IMG/VR virus record: IMGVR_UViG_3300028886_001504
DNA length: 64,000 bases
Source: a virus
Direction: 5' to 3' (one strand)
Position numbers and translations under genes: made by a program. Under the pieces are notes generated by a model. It was not told the origin of the DNA, made no database searches, and saw nothing but the letters and a program-made list of their open reading frames with translations. Shown piece after piece: positions 20,174 to 30,408 of this stretch; the stretch's first letter is position 1; each line of letters begins with the position of its first letter.

Positions 20174-20683
20174 TTACAATCCGAATTTATTCAACAAGGG
20201 TTCCATAAAGTTTCTGAGTGGTGTTTCTCCACCAAGTTTGTCTATCTGCTTTTCCATTGTTTCTCTGGCGTTCAATTGTGATTTGGTTTTGGTATATCTA
20301 CTACATTCCCAATCAACAATCATGCCAACCCAATCAACACCATCCCAATGATGGTCAATTGCCCACTCAAGATGATGTTTTGCATGGTGTCTATGAAACT
20401 TTTGTACCTTTTCATACGGCATTACTAATTTCATCCAAGGCTTGTACCAATCATGAAAAACATATTTAAAACGCCATACACCTAAATCCAAAGCCACATA
20501 TTGAAACGCTTTCCAATGGTTCCACCAGTAAACAAATGTGCTTCTTTGTGATTTATCGAACTTAGTAAGGTTATTCAGTTTTTCTTGATGATTCCCTCTT
20601 CTCATGTCATTACAGTATGAGTTTATCATCTTGTTTTGCATCGTCATAATCGTGACCATCGGCTGATTTTGGGCTACGTACAC
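20174..20683 (-). CDS. hypothetical His/Trp-rich protein
   Basis: 169 aa ORF. Confidence 0.4.
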   Translation of the reverse strand: MYVAQNQPMVTIMTMQNKMINSYCNDMRRGNHQEKLNNLTKFDKSQRSTFVYWWNHWKAFQYVALDLGVWRFKYVFHDWYKPWMKLVMPYEKVQKFHRHHAKHHLEWAIDHHWDGVDWVGMIVDWECSRYTKTKSQLNARETMEKQIDKLGGETPLRNFMEPLLNKFGL

Positions 20684-20861
20684 TTTCGTCTGCTACAATC
20701 TCAACGGAACTAAAATTCCGCTCCCAATAATATCCATACCCATCTCCATAACCTAGGCCATCAAGCCATTCCTTGAACTTATTCCAAGCTTCTGTTGGGT
20801 CTTTGGCAATCACATAAGCCCTAAATCCTCTGGATTTGACTAAATAAAGTTTTTCTTCCAT
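20610..20861 (-). CDS. hypothetical protein
   Basis: 83 aa ORF; -7 motif at 20891-20898. Confidence 0.35.
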   Translation of the reverse strand: MEEKLYLVKSRGFRAYVIAKDPTEAWNKFKEWLDGLGYGDGYGYYWERNFSSVEIVADESVRSPKSADGHDYDDAKQDDKLIL

Positions 20862-20890
20862 GTCTAATCTTTTTTATCTGTTTTATGTTA

Positions 20891-20898
20891 CAAAGATA
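20891..20898 (-). promoter_or_regulatory. Bacteroidota-type -7 element
   Basis: CAAAGATA upstream of minus gene start 20861. Confidence 0.45.
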
Positions 20899-20953
20899 TG
20901 TTAAAAAAAGTTAATCTCAAAATATTTATTAAGAAATAAGTAGCAATAAAAAG

Positions 20954-21310
20954 TTGATGGAAAACATGGAGATTACCACAAAACACAAAAATACAGCCTT
21001 TGGTGATGTGTGGTATGTGAACTCAACTGACGGCTCATTTAGATTTGCCATATATCGTTACGATGATGATTTTGATACGGTTTACCTGTCAAATGTCTTC
21101 GTTAGTGAGGAAAACCGTGGGAAAGGATATGGCAACTGTATTTTGGATGCAACCGACAATGTGGCGAAGGAAATGGGTGCTAAAACGATAGGTCTGAAAG
21201 TGAAGAAGGGTTCATTTGCTCATCAGTGGTATAGTAGGCACGGTTATTCATATTTAACCGATGATGAAGAAAACCCACAGTTCGTGTGGATGACAAAAAG
21301 TGTTGAATAA
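20954..21310 (+). CDS. GNAT N-acetyltransferase
   Basis: NRGKGYGNCIL acetyl-CoA motif; TAA stop followed by hairpin. Confidence 0.6.
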   Translation: MMENMEITTKHKNTAFGDVWYVNSTDGSFRFAIYRYDDDFDTVYLSNVFVSEENRGKGYGNCILDATDNVAKEMGAKTIGLKVKKGSFAHQWYSRHGYSYLTDDEENPQFVWMTKSVE

Positions 21311-21317
21311 TATAGTT

Positions 21318-21345
21318 CCCAAAAAAACGTGCCAGCAAATTACTC
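21318..21345. terminator. bidirectional hairpin gtgccagca...gctggcac
   Basis: Inverted repeat between convergent genes. Confidence 0.5.
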
Positions 21346-21378
21346 TGCTGGCACATCAAAAAGGAGGATGTACAAAGA

Positions 21379-22833
21379 CTATGCTAAGTCTTCTATGTTT
21401 TCCTCCCCAGCATCCAATTCTGGTTGCTCGACTTTACCTAGGAAGGCAAAAGTTTTTAGTTTCACGGCATGAGGTATCATGTCTTCTTTTTTGAGGACTA
21501 GTCCTTCATGTGGTACTTTGTTCTGACATTCTGGGCTATCTTTTTCCATGTTGAACTTGACTTCGTTTGCGAGCTTTTCAATGAAATTCTCACACCAGTT
21601 TTCGTCTTGTTCAATGTCAGGGTACAAATCTTTTGCATATCCGTAGTAATACTCGATTACTGGGAACAAACCATGTTCTTTGCACCATTGCTGGACTTCC
21701 CTTGCAGAGAACTCGTGTACAACACCATCTGGGTTAGTGAGGGTGATACGGTATACAGCAATCTTGTAGTGTTTGTTGTAAGTGTATTCCTCACCAGGTT
21801 TAGGCAGCACACAGCCATAGTCATAGTTTTTCTGGATACCTTTACCATTTGGTAGATAACCGACTATTTCTGCGTAAATGGTCATTCCTTTAATGAGGTA
21901 AGGTTTGATGTACTCGAAAGCAATCTTCCAAACATCACCACCGCCTTCACCATAGAAACCAGCACCAGCAGTTTTGTTAACGTCTTTGTTTTTGACAACA
22001 CTTCGTGAAGCATATAGATACTCGTATCTGTTAAACTCTTCACCAGTTAGCCATTTAGCAATCTTCTCTTTGAAAGAAAGAGGGTGTTTGCAAAGAACAT
22101 AAGCAAAAATTGCTGATGTACCATGCCACTTAGAGGTTATTGATATACAGTCATCAGGCTGTATAAACATTGGAATCTTTTTCACAAGCAAAGTATCATA
22201 GTGGAAGCGGAACTGGTTGTCAATCAAGCGACTGAAATTTTTCAACTTCTTGTTACGCTTTTTCTCGTTCCTAGTGGAACCGCCACCACCACCTCCTTGC
22301 TGTGACTGGACAACATATTTCTTGTTAATCCAGAAACTCTTGCCATTATGTTCTACTTCATCGAACTCTGTTCCAACGGCACAATCATCTTCGGTGAAAT
22401 TCACGTTGGTTGAAGATACGATGAAGTTCAACAGAATTTGGAGAGGAAGCAAGAAACCTTCGGACACTTGGCCTTTCAGTTTGATTGCTTTCACTCTACC
22501 GTTGTCTTCGAACATACCAGTTTTTGTGGTATCAACATTCATTTCAGCCTTCCTATACAGGTTAGCATACGACAAGAATTGAGGGTTAATGCAGCATGAC
22601 GTTGGGAAGTAAACGAACTTGCCTGGTTGCTCATCAATTCCGACAATGATGTTGAAACCGTCAACATGTGCAACCTTTAATCTCGTTACCTCAGGATTGA
22701 TGTGTGGAGTAAACTCTTTGAGTTCCACAACTTTAGCCAAGTAGTTAACATTGGCTTTCTTACTGATGTTTAGTTTCATTTGTTTTAGTTTTTGTAATTT
22801 AATTAATTTTGTTGCACCACCACTTGCATTCAT
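21379..22833 (-). CDS. RNA ligase, Rnl2-like, with N-terminal extension and Gly6 linker
   Basis: Motif I KWHGTS (cf. KIHGTN of T4 Rnl2). Confidence 0.5.
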   Translation of the reverse strand: MNASGGATKLIKLQKLKQMKLNISKKANVNYLAKVVELKEFTPHINPEVTRLKVAHVDGFNIIVGIDEQPGKFVYFPTSCCINPQFLSYANLYRKAEMNVDTTKTGMFEDNGRVKAIKLKGQVSEGFLLPLQILLNFIVSSTNVNFTEDDCAVGTEFDEVEHNGKSFWINKKYVVQSQQGGGGGGSTRNEKKRNKKLKNFSRLIDNQFRFHYDTLLVKKIPMFIQPDDCISITSKWHGTSAIFAYVLCKHPLSFKEKIAKWLTGEEFNRYEYLYASRSVVKNKDVNKTAGAGFYGEGGGDVWKIAFEYIKPYLIKGMTIYAEIVGYLPNGKGIQKNYDYGCVLPKPGEEYTYNKHYKIAVYRITLTNPDGVVHEFSAREVQQWCKEHGLFPVIEYYYGYAKDLYPDIEQDENWCENFIEKLANEVKFNMEKDSPECQNKVPHEGLVLKKEDMIPHAVKLKTFAFLGKVEQPELDAGEENIEDLA

Positions 22834-22898
22834 CTATGCAAGAAATCTTCGAAAAGTTAAGCTAAAAAGTTTTATTCACCAAATTTTTTCACAATTTT

Positions 22899-23414
22899 TT
22901 ACTGCCATGGTTTTCTTACATAATACCCATAATGTTTATCGCCACGAAGCAATATCAACAATGGATACCTTTCAAGAACCAACTCATGGGTTAAATCATC
23001 CTGTATATGTTTTTCATACACATTTTCGTTACCATCTTGTACCCATTTATATGGAACTGCAACTAACATGTTTTTACACCTTCCCTCGGCATACTTAAGC
23101 ACTTTCTGTGCATCCTCAACCGTAAGATGTTCAATAATATCGCCAAATATAATCAAGTCATAATGGTCATATTCGAAATCAACGATATTCCTACATGACA
23201 CAGACCTATACTTCTTAAGCAATTCATAGTCGGTTATGTTAGGCTGATAGATTTCAACGGCATCCATCTTCTTATATTTACCTTCCAGTAAATCGTAGTA
23301 AGTACCTCTACCTGCTCCAACATCAAGTATTGTTGAATCCTTGTCGAAGTTGTCATAAATCCATTTTTTCACGTCTTGTTTAAACGTGCCTATAGATGCT
23401 GCCTTCGTGTCCAT
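22899..23414 (-). CDS. SAM-dependent methyltransferase
   Basis: Motif I ILDVGAGRG. Confidence 0.55.
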   Translation of the reverse strand: MDTKAASIGTFKQDVKKWIYDNFDKDSTILDVGAGRGTYYDLLEGKYKKMDAVEIYQPNITDYELLKKYRSVSCRNIVDFEYDHYDLIIFGDIIEHLTVEDAQKVLKYAEGRCKNMLVAVPYKWVQDGNENVYEKHIQDDLTHELVLERYPLLILLRGDKHYGYYVRKPWQ

Positions 23415-23633
23415 TTAAATGTCCTCCAAAAATAATCTACCGTTTTTAATCAAATCGCATTTTACGATTTCAACAACCCTATCCTCTTTATGCAAACTAA
23501 CAAGCATGTCCATAACAGCTTCTTTTGTGAAAGAGGCATCCATAATAAAGTTCTTCTTTATGTTGCAATCAGATGGATTATCATAATCATTCCACCCAGC
23601 ATACATTTCTACGTGCCAAATATTGTATTTCAT
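23415..23633 (-). CDS. hypothetical protein
   Basis: 72 aa ORF. Confidence 0.35.
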   Translation of the reverse strand: MKYNIWHVEMYAGWNDYDNPSDCNIKKNFIMDASFTKEAVMDMLVSLHKEDRVVEIVKCDLIKNGRLFLEDI

Positions 23634-23636
23634 AAC

Positions 23637-24179
23637 TTAAATAAATTTCTCGTTTCTTGAATGATTTCTCCACCAAGGTGGGGTATTATTCTTTATATCT
23701 TCACTATTGACCATATATCCTCTTAATTCATAATCATCATCCATGATATCCTTAACAAAAGGAATGAGTTCGGATTCGTTTACGGGTCGGTCAATGATGT
23801 CCATCAAATCAGAATAACTGTATCCTGTGAAGTTGTGTACATTGACATAATATCTCGTCATATTCAACATTTTCTGATTTGGCCAGAAATGATTTTGTCG
23901 AGTACACACATCCATATGTATAAGTCTAACAATAGGTTTGCCTAGATTCTCACCAGAAACCTTACAATACCCTCCGAAGTATGTTGTAGAACTATCACCC
24001 TCAAAAGGGTTAGTTGTATGATATGATGGTAATTCTTTCAATTTGAATATTGTTCCTTTTGATTCTTTCAACCAAGATGTATATTTGTCTTTATAGACAT
24101 TATACTTGTCTATAAATTCTTGGTATGCTTGTTTTAGTTCTTCTGGCATATTACTCAAGTTTTTTACATTCTTCTTCAC
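23637..24179 (-). CDS. hypothetical protein
   Basis: 180 aa ORF. Confidence 0.4.
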   Translation of the reverse strand: MKKNVKNLSNMPEELKQAYQEFIDKYNVYKDKYTSWLKESKGTIFKLKELPSYHTTNPFEGDSSTTYFGGYCKVSGENLGKPIVRLIHMDVCTRQNHFWPNQKMLNMTRYYVNVHNFTGYSYSDLMDIIDRPVNESELIPFVKDIMDDDYELRGYMVNSEDIKNNTPPWWRNHSRNEKFI

Positions 24180-24831
24180 TATACATACTATGGAGTTTTT
24201 CGAGCCACCATTTGGTCTTAACTTTAACAGACGGACGGCGCTGGCCTTTCATTAATGTTGACCTTTTGAACACCACCCCCTCCTTAACATTAGGCAACTC
24301 AGCATCAGGGGATGTCCAATCATTATTTTGTATGATTGAAACAATTTCAGCGTCAAGCGTTCCTTTACAGATTAGTTCTGGTGTTTCTATATCATCACAT
24401 AAACAGAAAAGCGAATAATAATCTGCTGGTTCCATATATCCTTTCTTCTTAAGAAACACATCAATAAGTGCGAGGTGCATTTCATCACCTTCCTGATGTT
24501 TACCAGCAAAAGAGTTTTCACCATACCATTCGAAAACAAAGGTAATTTCCTCAACGCCTGTAAAAACATCATTCTTACCAGAATGTGCCTTAACTATGTC
24601 AGCAAGCGTCTTTGGATAATTGCTATTGTTAAACCACATTACAACAGGACCAAACTGTTCACTGTTTTCATCAACAGTAACAGTCCTACTCCCAAATGGA
24701 CCCCAAGTCTTCTTCTTACAGTTGTATGATGCAACAAAGTTCTGGCCGTCAAGTTTGTTGAACCCCCAAACCATTTCACCTTTCAGTGTTCCATCATCTT
24801 GTATTCGTGGTATGCTATCGTAATGTTTCAT
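24151..24831 (-). CDS. ligase-like nucleotidyltransferase (KxDG motif)
   Basis: FNKLDGQNF resembles ligase motif I. Confidence 0.4.
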   Translation of the reverse strand: MKHYDSIPRIQDDGTLKGEMVWGFNKLDGQNFVASYNCKKKTWGPFGSRTVTVDENSEQFGPVVMWFNNSNYPKTLADIVKAHSGKNDVFTGVEEITFVFEWYGENSFAGKHQEGDEMHLALIDVFLKKKGYMEPADYYSLFCLCDDIETPELICKGTLDAEIVSIIQNNDWTSPDAELPNVKEGVVFKRSTLMKGQRRPSVKVKTKWWLEKLHSMYSEEECKKLE

Positions 24832-25086
24832 TTATTCAAACTCAATAATGGTTTCTTTTCCAGACAAATCAATTTTCTTAACTGTCATATTATCATATTT
24901 TCCTCCTACACAAATAGGGTCTGCACCATCCCAATCAATCATCTTGGGATTCAAATGGTCACCAGTAATGTAAATTGGCCAATTGTAAGTTTCACTGGTT
25001 TTGAGGGCGTATTTCTTCTCTTCGACTTCTTCAAGCCAAAAGTTATGACCGCTTCTGTTATTCAGTTTTATTTTCTTCATCTTCAA
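24832..25086 (-). CDS. hypothetical protein
   Basis: 84 aa ORF. Confidence 0.35.
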   Translation of the reverse strand: MKMKKIKLNNRSGHNFWLEEVEEKKYALKTSETYNWPIYITGDHLNPKMIDWDGADPICVGGKYDNMTVKKIDLSGKETIIEFE

Positions 25087-25381
25087 ACATTTTAAGAATT
25101 TGCTCCTTTGTTCTTACACCTACAACACGTTCTGTATTTCCGTTATTGTTGATAATCATAACTGGAATATTCCTAATGCCAAGTGTGTTGACAAGTTCCT
25201 CGTCACAATCATCAACGTCAATCTCCCTAAGTCTGATGTTAGGGTTGGTAAGTGCTACAGCTACTAGTGTGTTCTGTAATACCCTACACGGACCACACCA
25301 TTCAGCCCCAATTTTAATTAGGCTAATTGGGTTACTAGCAACGAAATCGTTGTATTCTTCGACTGTTTTAAGTTTGTTCAT
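25058..25381 (-). CDS. thioredoxin
   Basis: WCGPC active site. Confidence 0.8.
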   Translation of the reverse strand: MNKLKTVEEYNDFVASNPISLIKIGAEWCGPCRVLQNTLVAVALTNPNIRLREIDVDDCDEELVNTLGIRNIPVMIINNNGNTERVVGVRTKEQILKMFEDEENKTE

Positions 25382-25382
25382 A

Positions 25383-26390
25383 TTAAAATCCGATACCTTT
25401 CTTATTTAAACTAGTTTTATTTCTCAATCTTCCACCACTTCTGTTAACCATCTTGTCAACGGTACTAAAAGCCTCTTCCTCTGTATGTCCAAAAACAAAG
25501 TGTAGCAGAATAAGTTCGTTAATGTGGTCAATCGTGTAACCATCGGTTCTTTCAACCCAGTGATTGATGTCGATTTTTTCAAGGTCTTCTGGAAGAACAC
25601 TATATTCAATAAACATCTTACGACTTTCCTTATTAGGAAGAGGGAATTCAACAACCCTATCGAAACGTGAAGGACGATTTACATAGCGCTCTTCAAGATA
25701 TTCAATATGATTGGTTGTGGCAATGGTTACCATGTTTCCAAGTTTAAAATTACCGTCAAGGATGTTAAGCAATAGTGTGTTGAATGAACTTGATGCCTGT
25801 GTGAAAGTATCAATGTCTTCAATAATTGCAATAATCTTCCTATCTGGTTCAATTTTCTTTATCCGTTTAACAGCATCTGGTAGCATCTCGATTTCCTGTT
25901 CGGTTGACAATGAAAAAACAATACCATCGTATAGGTCAATCAGTTCCTTACACATAAGGTTAATCAGTGAAGTTTTACCAGTACCAGGTGCTGAATAAAG
26001 AAGGTAGTTTCTTCTAAATACCCTGTTATATTTCTTGTATGTATCTTCAAGCGTCCAGAACTTTGAAATATCATTCAAAACCAAATCACTTGCCTCGTTT
26101 GGAAGTCGATAAAGTTTGTTAAGTTCAATTTCCTCTTTAACGAAATACATACCGATACTATTTGAGGTATGGATAGAATAATATCCTTTATCCAGCCTCT
26201 CAAATGTATTGGAAACAGCAATGATTTTACCATCAACATCTGACCATTGTGTGACACTTGACTTCTGTGTCTTTGGTGACAAAATATCATCAACACTCAC
26301 ATCTTCGTTACCCACAACTGGATGTTGTTCTTCACATTTTTCGATAAAACCGCGTCCTATCGCGTTATCATACGCTTTTAATTCACTCAT
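25383..26390 (-). CDS. AAA+ ATPase
   Basis: Walker A APGTGKTS; Walker B IIAIIEDID. Confidence 0.7.
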   Translation of the reverse strand: MSELKAYDNAIGRGFIEKCEEQHPVVGNEDVSVDDILSPKTQKSSVTQWSDVDGKIIAVSNTFERLDKGYYSIHTSNSIGMYFVKEEIELNKLYRLPNEASDLVLNDISKFWTLEDTYKKYNRVFRRNYLLYSAPGTGKTSLINLMCKELIDLYDGIVFSLSTEQEIEMLPDAVKRIKKIEPDRKIIAIIEDIDTFTQASSSFNTLLLNILDGNFKLGNMVTIATTNHIEYLEERYVNRPSRFDRVVEFPLPNKESRKMFIEYSVLPEDLEKIDINHWVERTDGYTIDHINELILLHFVFGHTEEEAFSTVDKMVNRSGGRLRNKTSLNKKGIGF

Positions 26391-26402
26391 ATTCTTTTAT
26401 TT

Positions 26403-27110
26403 TTAAGCTCTATATCCTTGTTTTTGCATTAATAATTCATTATATTCCAGAAACGTTTTACATCCAGCAGCGTCACGTATATCTGTAAAATACTTATATA
26501 ACTTATCAAGTGGTATCAGTCCTAAATTAGCGAGATTACCATCAAAACCAACATCCAACCTAAGTTCTTTTGTAAGTTTATTGACTACATCTATGCTACC
26601 GTGGCAATGTCCGTGTATCATGCAAGTTCCGTTTGTCCTTCTATTCCAAGTCAACATAGGGAAATGACACATCTCGACACAGAAGGTTTCATTTGGGTCA
26701 ATAAACGGATATTGGTTGTTGGTAAACTTTGCCTCCTTAATTTGGCCATACCACTCAAAATAGTGTTCCAATCCATGTAAGCTCTTATCATGGTTACCCT
26801 CAATAAAATATTTCCTACCATGTAATCTTGATAGAACTTTTTGTGTACGTTCTTTATTTCCAAGACAAAAGTCACCAAGGATGTACACAAAATCTTCACG
26901 GCGCACAGTGTCATTCCACAATTTAATCAGCCATTCATCGTGCTTTTCTATTGCTGCATTCTTATCTGCTTGTAGTTCTTCCAAAGTAATACCTGCTGCT
27001 TCCCTTCGTGCTGGGTGAAAATATAAAATGGAAGTATGGCTAAAATGTAAATCTGATGTGAAATACACTTTTAACCTTGTTCCATTTTGTTCTTTTTTAA
27101 TTTCTTCCAT
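26403..27110 (-). CDS. calcineurin-like metallophosphoesterase
   Basis: DLHFSH, GDFCLG, GNHD, GHCH motifs. Confidence 0.7.
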   Translation of the reverse strand: MEEIKKEQNGTRLKVYFTSDLHFSHTSILYFHPARREAAGITLEELQADKNAAIEKHDEWLIKLWNDTVRREDFVYILGDFCLGNKERTQKVLSRLHGRKYFIEGNHDKSLHGLEHYFEWYGQIKEAKFTNNQYPFIDPNETFCVEMCHFPMLTWNRRTNGTCMIHGHCHGSIDVVNKLTKELRLDVGFDGNLANLGLIPLDKLYKYFTDIRDAAGCKTFLEYNELLMQKQGYRA

Positions 27111-27150
27111 AACAAATCAAAGATAGGTAATAATTTTGAAAAAACAAAAT

Positions 27151-27510
27151 TTAACTTTCACGCACCCATTTCTTCTCTTGTTTTTCTTTTTCAAGTTCTT
27201 CCAAATCTTCTTTCAAGCGTCTTTTAAAACTATCTTCTCCGTCATCACCAGATAACAGCCAATCGGCACGTTGAGCATATATTTGTGCTTCTCGGAGTTT
27301 CCAATATGCTTCCTTGAATTTCTCGATAGTATCGTCTTCATAGCAATAATGGTATTTTGCCCAGGGATATAATTTGCCATTTTCGTCATAATCCCATTTT
27401 TCATGTTCTGAGGAATCAACTTCAACTTTATTTTTGACAATTACCTCTTCAATGCTATCATATATTTCACCAATCCGATACTGTAAATAATCAAAATGCC
27501 CACCACTCAT
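27151..27510 (-). CDS. hypothetical acidic protein
   Basis: 119 aa ORF. Confidence 0.4.
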   Translation of the reverse strand: MSGGHFDYLQYRIGEIYDSIEEVIVKNKVEVDSSEHEKWDYDENGKLYPWAKYHYCYEDDTIEKFKEAYWKLREAQIYAQRADWLLSGDDGEDSFKRRLKEDLEELEKEKQEKKWVRES

Positions 27511-27511
27511 A

Positions 27512-27997
27512 TTATTTCCTTTTTATGACATAACCCATTTGTGCAATAAAGGCTTTGATTGTTGAAATTTGTCCTTTTGAGAACCGTTCCTCAGGTATTC
27601 CCATAATAGTAACACCACTGGTTACTTCACCTTTCATCCTTTTTTTAAGGTTATTTATTTTATTTTCCATGTTAACGAAAGTTTCTTTTTCTATGGTGAA
27701 GTTTGGAGTATTTGCACCTTTGTATAAGTTTGACAGCATACCGAAACTTTTAACAAGTTTCTTGGCATCATTGTAACTAATAACTGTTATGTCTCCTGTT
27801 TTATGATTGTGCACTACATATTGGTTATCATCCTTGGTTTTAATAATTGATATATCACCACTTGAATTAATACCAATATGGTCAGAAATTCTTAAAACGT
27901 TTCCATTAAAATGATAGTAATTACTCCTTGTGGAACGAATAATATCACGCTCCTTGTCTACTACCAGACTACTGATGTATTTGTCAAGTTTGTGCAT
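27512..27997 (-). CDS. hypothetical protein
   Basis: 161 aa ORF. Confidence 0.4.
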   Translation of the reverse strand: MHKLDKYISSLVVDKERDIIRSTRSNYYHFNGNVLRISDHIGINSSGDISIIKTKDDNQYVVHNHKTGDITVISYNDAKKLVKSFGMLSNLYKGANTPNFTIEKETFVNMENKINNLKKRMKGEVTSGVTIMGIPEERFSKGQISTIKAFIAQMGYVIKRK

Positions 27998-27998
27998 A

Positions 27999-29018
27999 TT
28001 AAATTATTGCTTCTGCTGTTTTTCTATGTTTCTTTGAGTTTTCCAACACTCCTTGTTTATTGTGATTGGCATAACAATACTTACAAAAATGTAAACACGT
28101 GCTATAACTTCCTATGTCCTTACTAATCATACATCCACATAACGCTCTCTGCCCCTTGTCTTTAACATTTTTTCTTGTCTCTGGTATCACAAAATCACCC
28201 TCTGGAAGTTTGCCAGTTCTGCAAAAATACACTAATTCTTTGTCTTCTGCAAATATTTTTTCAATATATTCTGGGTCAATACATTTATTGTGGAAAATTC
28301 CGTACTCTTCCAAATCAATCTTTTCTGCACAGGTGGCAATATCTAAATCCCATTTATATATATCCTTTAAGTAAATCCTCATGTTTTGGAGTTCCTTAGC
28401 CATTGCAATCATACTATCTTCATCCCACTCAACAACATCAACCCCATACTCTTTCATGTTATGGCTAACACTTTTATAAGAGCCAATGTCGGCGAAACTA
28501 ACAACAAGTTTGTTTGTATAACCATGTAATTCCTTCGCTATTCCGAAAATTTTCGCAATGAGTTTTCTTGGTGTCAACTCTCTTGTGAGAACCAACGGGT
28601 CAAAACGCCAAATAACCTTATCCTTACCTACCCTGTCTGATAGTTTCTTGAACGTGGAAATTCTCATATCCAGCAAAGGAACGTTTGGCTCAAATCTCTC
28701 ATCCTCATAATCGTTTAGCGTATATTGGAACATATACTTCTTACCCATAGTATCAAGCAAATCAAGATACGGAAGCAACGGTTGAGGATTCTTAGTCCAG
28801 AACACAAACAGCTTCGTGTTTTTGAACGATATATAGGATGTCGGTGATTCTTTTATATATGGGTTCTTCCACCCACAATAACCAGATGCCAATCTAATAC
28901 CAAACCAATCGGAATAGAAAGCAGGTATATCAGTTGCTCTGCTGGCAGATATGATAACTGGCGAAGTACCCTCTACAGTTTCGCCATTATTCCTTGTTAT
29001 TAGTACTTTGTTTTCCAT
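27999..29018 (-). CDS. hypothetical protein with C-terminal Cys cluster
   Basis: CGCM...CLHFCKYC. Confidence 0.4.
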   Translation of the reverse strand: MENKVLITRNNGETVEGTSPVIISASRATDIPAFYSDWFGIRLASGYCGWKNPYIKESPTSYISFKNTKLFVFWTKNPQPLLPYLDLLDTMGKKYMFQYTLNDYEDERFEPNVPLLDMRISTFKKLSDRVGKDKVIWRFDPLVLTRELTPRKLIAKIFGIAKELHGYTNKLVVSFADIGSYKSVSHNMKEYGVDVVEWDEDSMIAMAKELQNMRIYLKDIYKWDLDIATCAEKIDLEEYGIFHNKCIDPEYIEKIFAEDKELVYFCRTGKLPEGDFVIPETRKNVKDKGQRALCGCMISKDIGSYSTCLHFCKYCYANHNKQGVLENSKKHRKTAEAII

Positions 29019-29787
29019 TTTGTATTTTCTGTATATCTTCTATTGTTAAACCAAACTCCATCAATTTTTCTCTTAATTTTATGTTTACTCGAATTATATT
29101 ACGATTGTCTTCATATAATCTATTAATCTCTTTCTCTTTTTGTTTGAGTTGACTGTCTAAAAAATTTACTAATTCATTTGCTTCTGCTATTGTGTACTTG
29201 TATTTAATACCTGTTGTCTCGTCTGTTTTTGCCTCAGTAATGAGACCTTTCATCCTTTCTATTTCTTGTTTATATTTGTTTTCGGCTTTGTCTTTCCACT
29301 GAATGTAGTTATAATAAAATTTATCTTTTAGATTCAACTTATCCTCATCAATCTTATTTCCATGTAGTTTTGGTGCGGTTACTTCGATGTGAACATAAGG
29401 CCATATCTTATCTATGTATATCAGCCCAGCATAAGAAGGAATCTCTTCTGGCTTGACTAACCCCCTTGGAACTGCATAATAGAAATAGTTTGGTTTATCT
29501 GGTTGCTCCTTCTCATAACTTTTCAATTCATATTTGTTTTCTAATATTTGATGCTTTTCTGTTTTCTTCTTATCATTGAAAAAATCAGACCTTGAAATCT
29601 TTATTTCGACTTCATATGAATAACCAGACTTTGTTACATGCAAATAATCACTCTCCCAACGATAAACAAATAAATTCTCTATTTGATATTTTGCCCCATT
29701 AGGTGTCATAAAATGACAGCGGAGGTATTTTTGTATTTCGCTTTCTGTATATTCTTGTTTTTCCCCTGTCTTACCTATTGTACCCAT
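28987..29787 (-). CDS. hypothetical protein
   Basis: 266 aa; -7 motif at 29804-29811. Confidence 0.4.
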   Translation of the reverse strand: MGTIGKTGEKQEYTESEIQKYLRCHFMTPNGAKYQIENLFVYRWESDYLHVTKSGYSYEVEIKISRSDFFNDKKKTEKHQILENKYELKSYEKEQPDKPNYFYYAVPRGLVKPEEIPSYAGLIYIDKIWPYVHIEVTAPKLHGNKIDEDKLNLKDKFYYNYIQWKDKAENKYKQEIERMKGLITEAKTDETTGIKYKYTIAEANELVNFLDSQLKQKEKEINRLYEDNRNIIRVNIKLREKLMEFGLTIEDIQKIQNGKQSTNNKE

Positions 29788-29803
29788 TTTAAAGATTTTA
29801 TGT

Positions 29804-29811
29804 CAAAGATA
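29804..29811 (-). promoter_or_regulatory. Bacteroidota-type -7 element
   Basis: CAAAGATA 17 nt upstream of minus start 29787. Confidence 0.45.
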
Positions 29812-29832
29812 TGCTTTTTTTTCAAGTTTAAC

Positions 29833-29844
29833 AAACTATTTATA
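29833..29844 (+). promoter_or_regulatory. AAACTATTTATA promoter-like motif
   Basis: 20 nt upstream of + gene 29864. Confidence 0.45.
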
Positions 29845-29863
29845 TTATAAAATATCTATTATT

Positions 29864-30358
29864 ATGTTTATTACCGAAAACGACATTAAAAGAATGGTTA
29901 GAGAATGTGCCAAGAAAGTTCTTAACGAATTTTACGGCACTTTTGATGATACAAGAGATGCACCATGGAACCGTACTGATGATTCAAGGACCAGTAAAGA
30001 ATCAACCGAATGGAACGAATTTTATTGTGATTTAACTGATTTAATTAATCAGAATCCACAATACGCAGAAATGCTCCAACCTTTACAAGAAACCCCAGGC
30101 GATTGGACTTCTTGTAATGTGGGTAAAGTCACATTATGGTATGATGTAACTGATTCTGATTTTGAACAAGACGAAGATGGATATGTTTTTGCAAACAATA
30201 GCGAAATAGACACAGATAGCGTAGAAATAGAACTATCGAAAGACAATCAATATCGCTCAACATTTCCTCCAGAACTAATTCAACTGCTCGAAAACGAAGT
30301 ACAAACCGAATTTTCTGAAAACAGAGATTGATTAATAAGTCTATTAAACGATAATTAA
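29864..30358 (+). CDS. small acidic protein, paralog A (N-terminus ITENDI..V.E..KK); 1 in-frame TGA
   Basis: Track ORF ends at TGA 30329-30331; reading through gives 9 more codons to a TAA that sits directly before a terminator hairpin. Confidence 0.45.
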
Positions 30359-30360
30359 CA

Positions 30361-30392
30361 AAAAAGGGAAGTCCAAACGGGCTTCCCTTAAT
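30361..30392. terminator. bidirectional hairpin gggaag...cttccc
   Basis: Inverted repeat plus T-run. Confidence 0.5.
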
Positions 30393-30408
30393 TTTCTAAC
30401 TTTTGCCA

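Noticed and set aside
22270-22295. GGTGGCGGTGGTGGCGG run as a slippage-prone homopolymer or regulatory element
   Set aside because: It encodes an in-frame Gly6 linker between two domains of the RNA ligase and is not a pure homopolymer. It is most simply a flexible linker.
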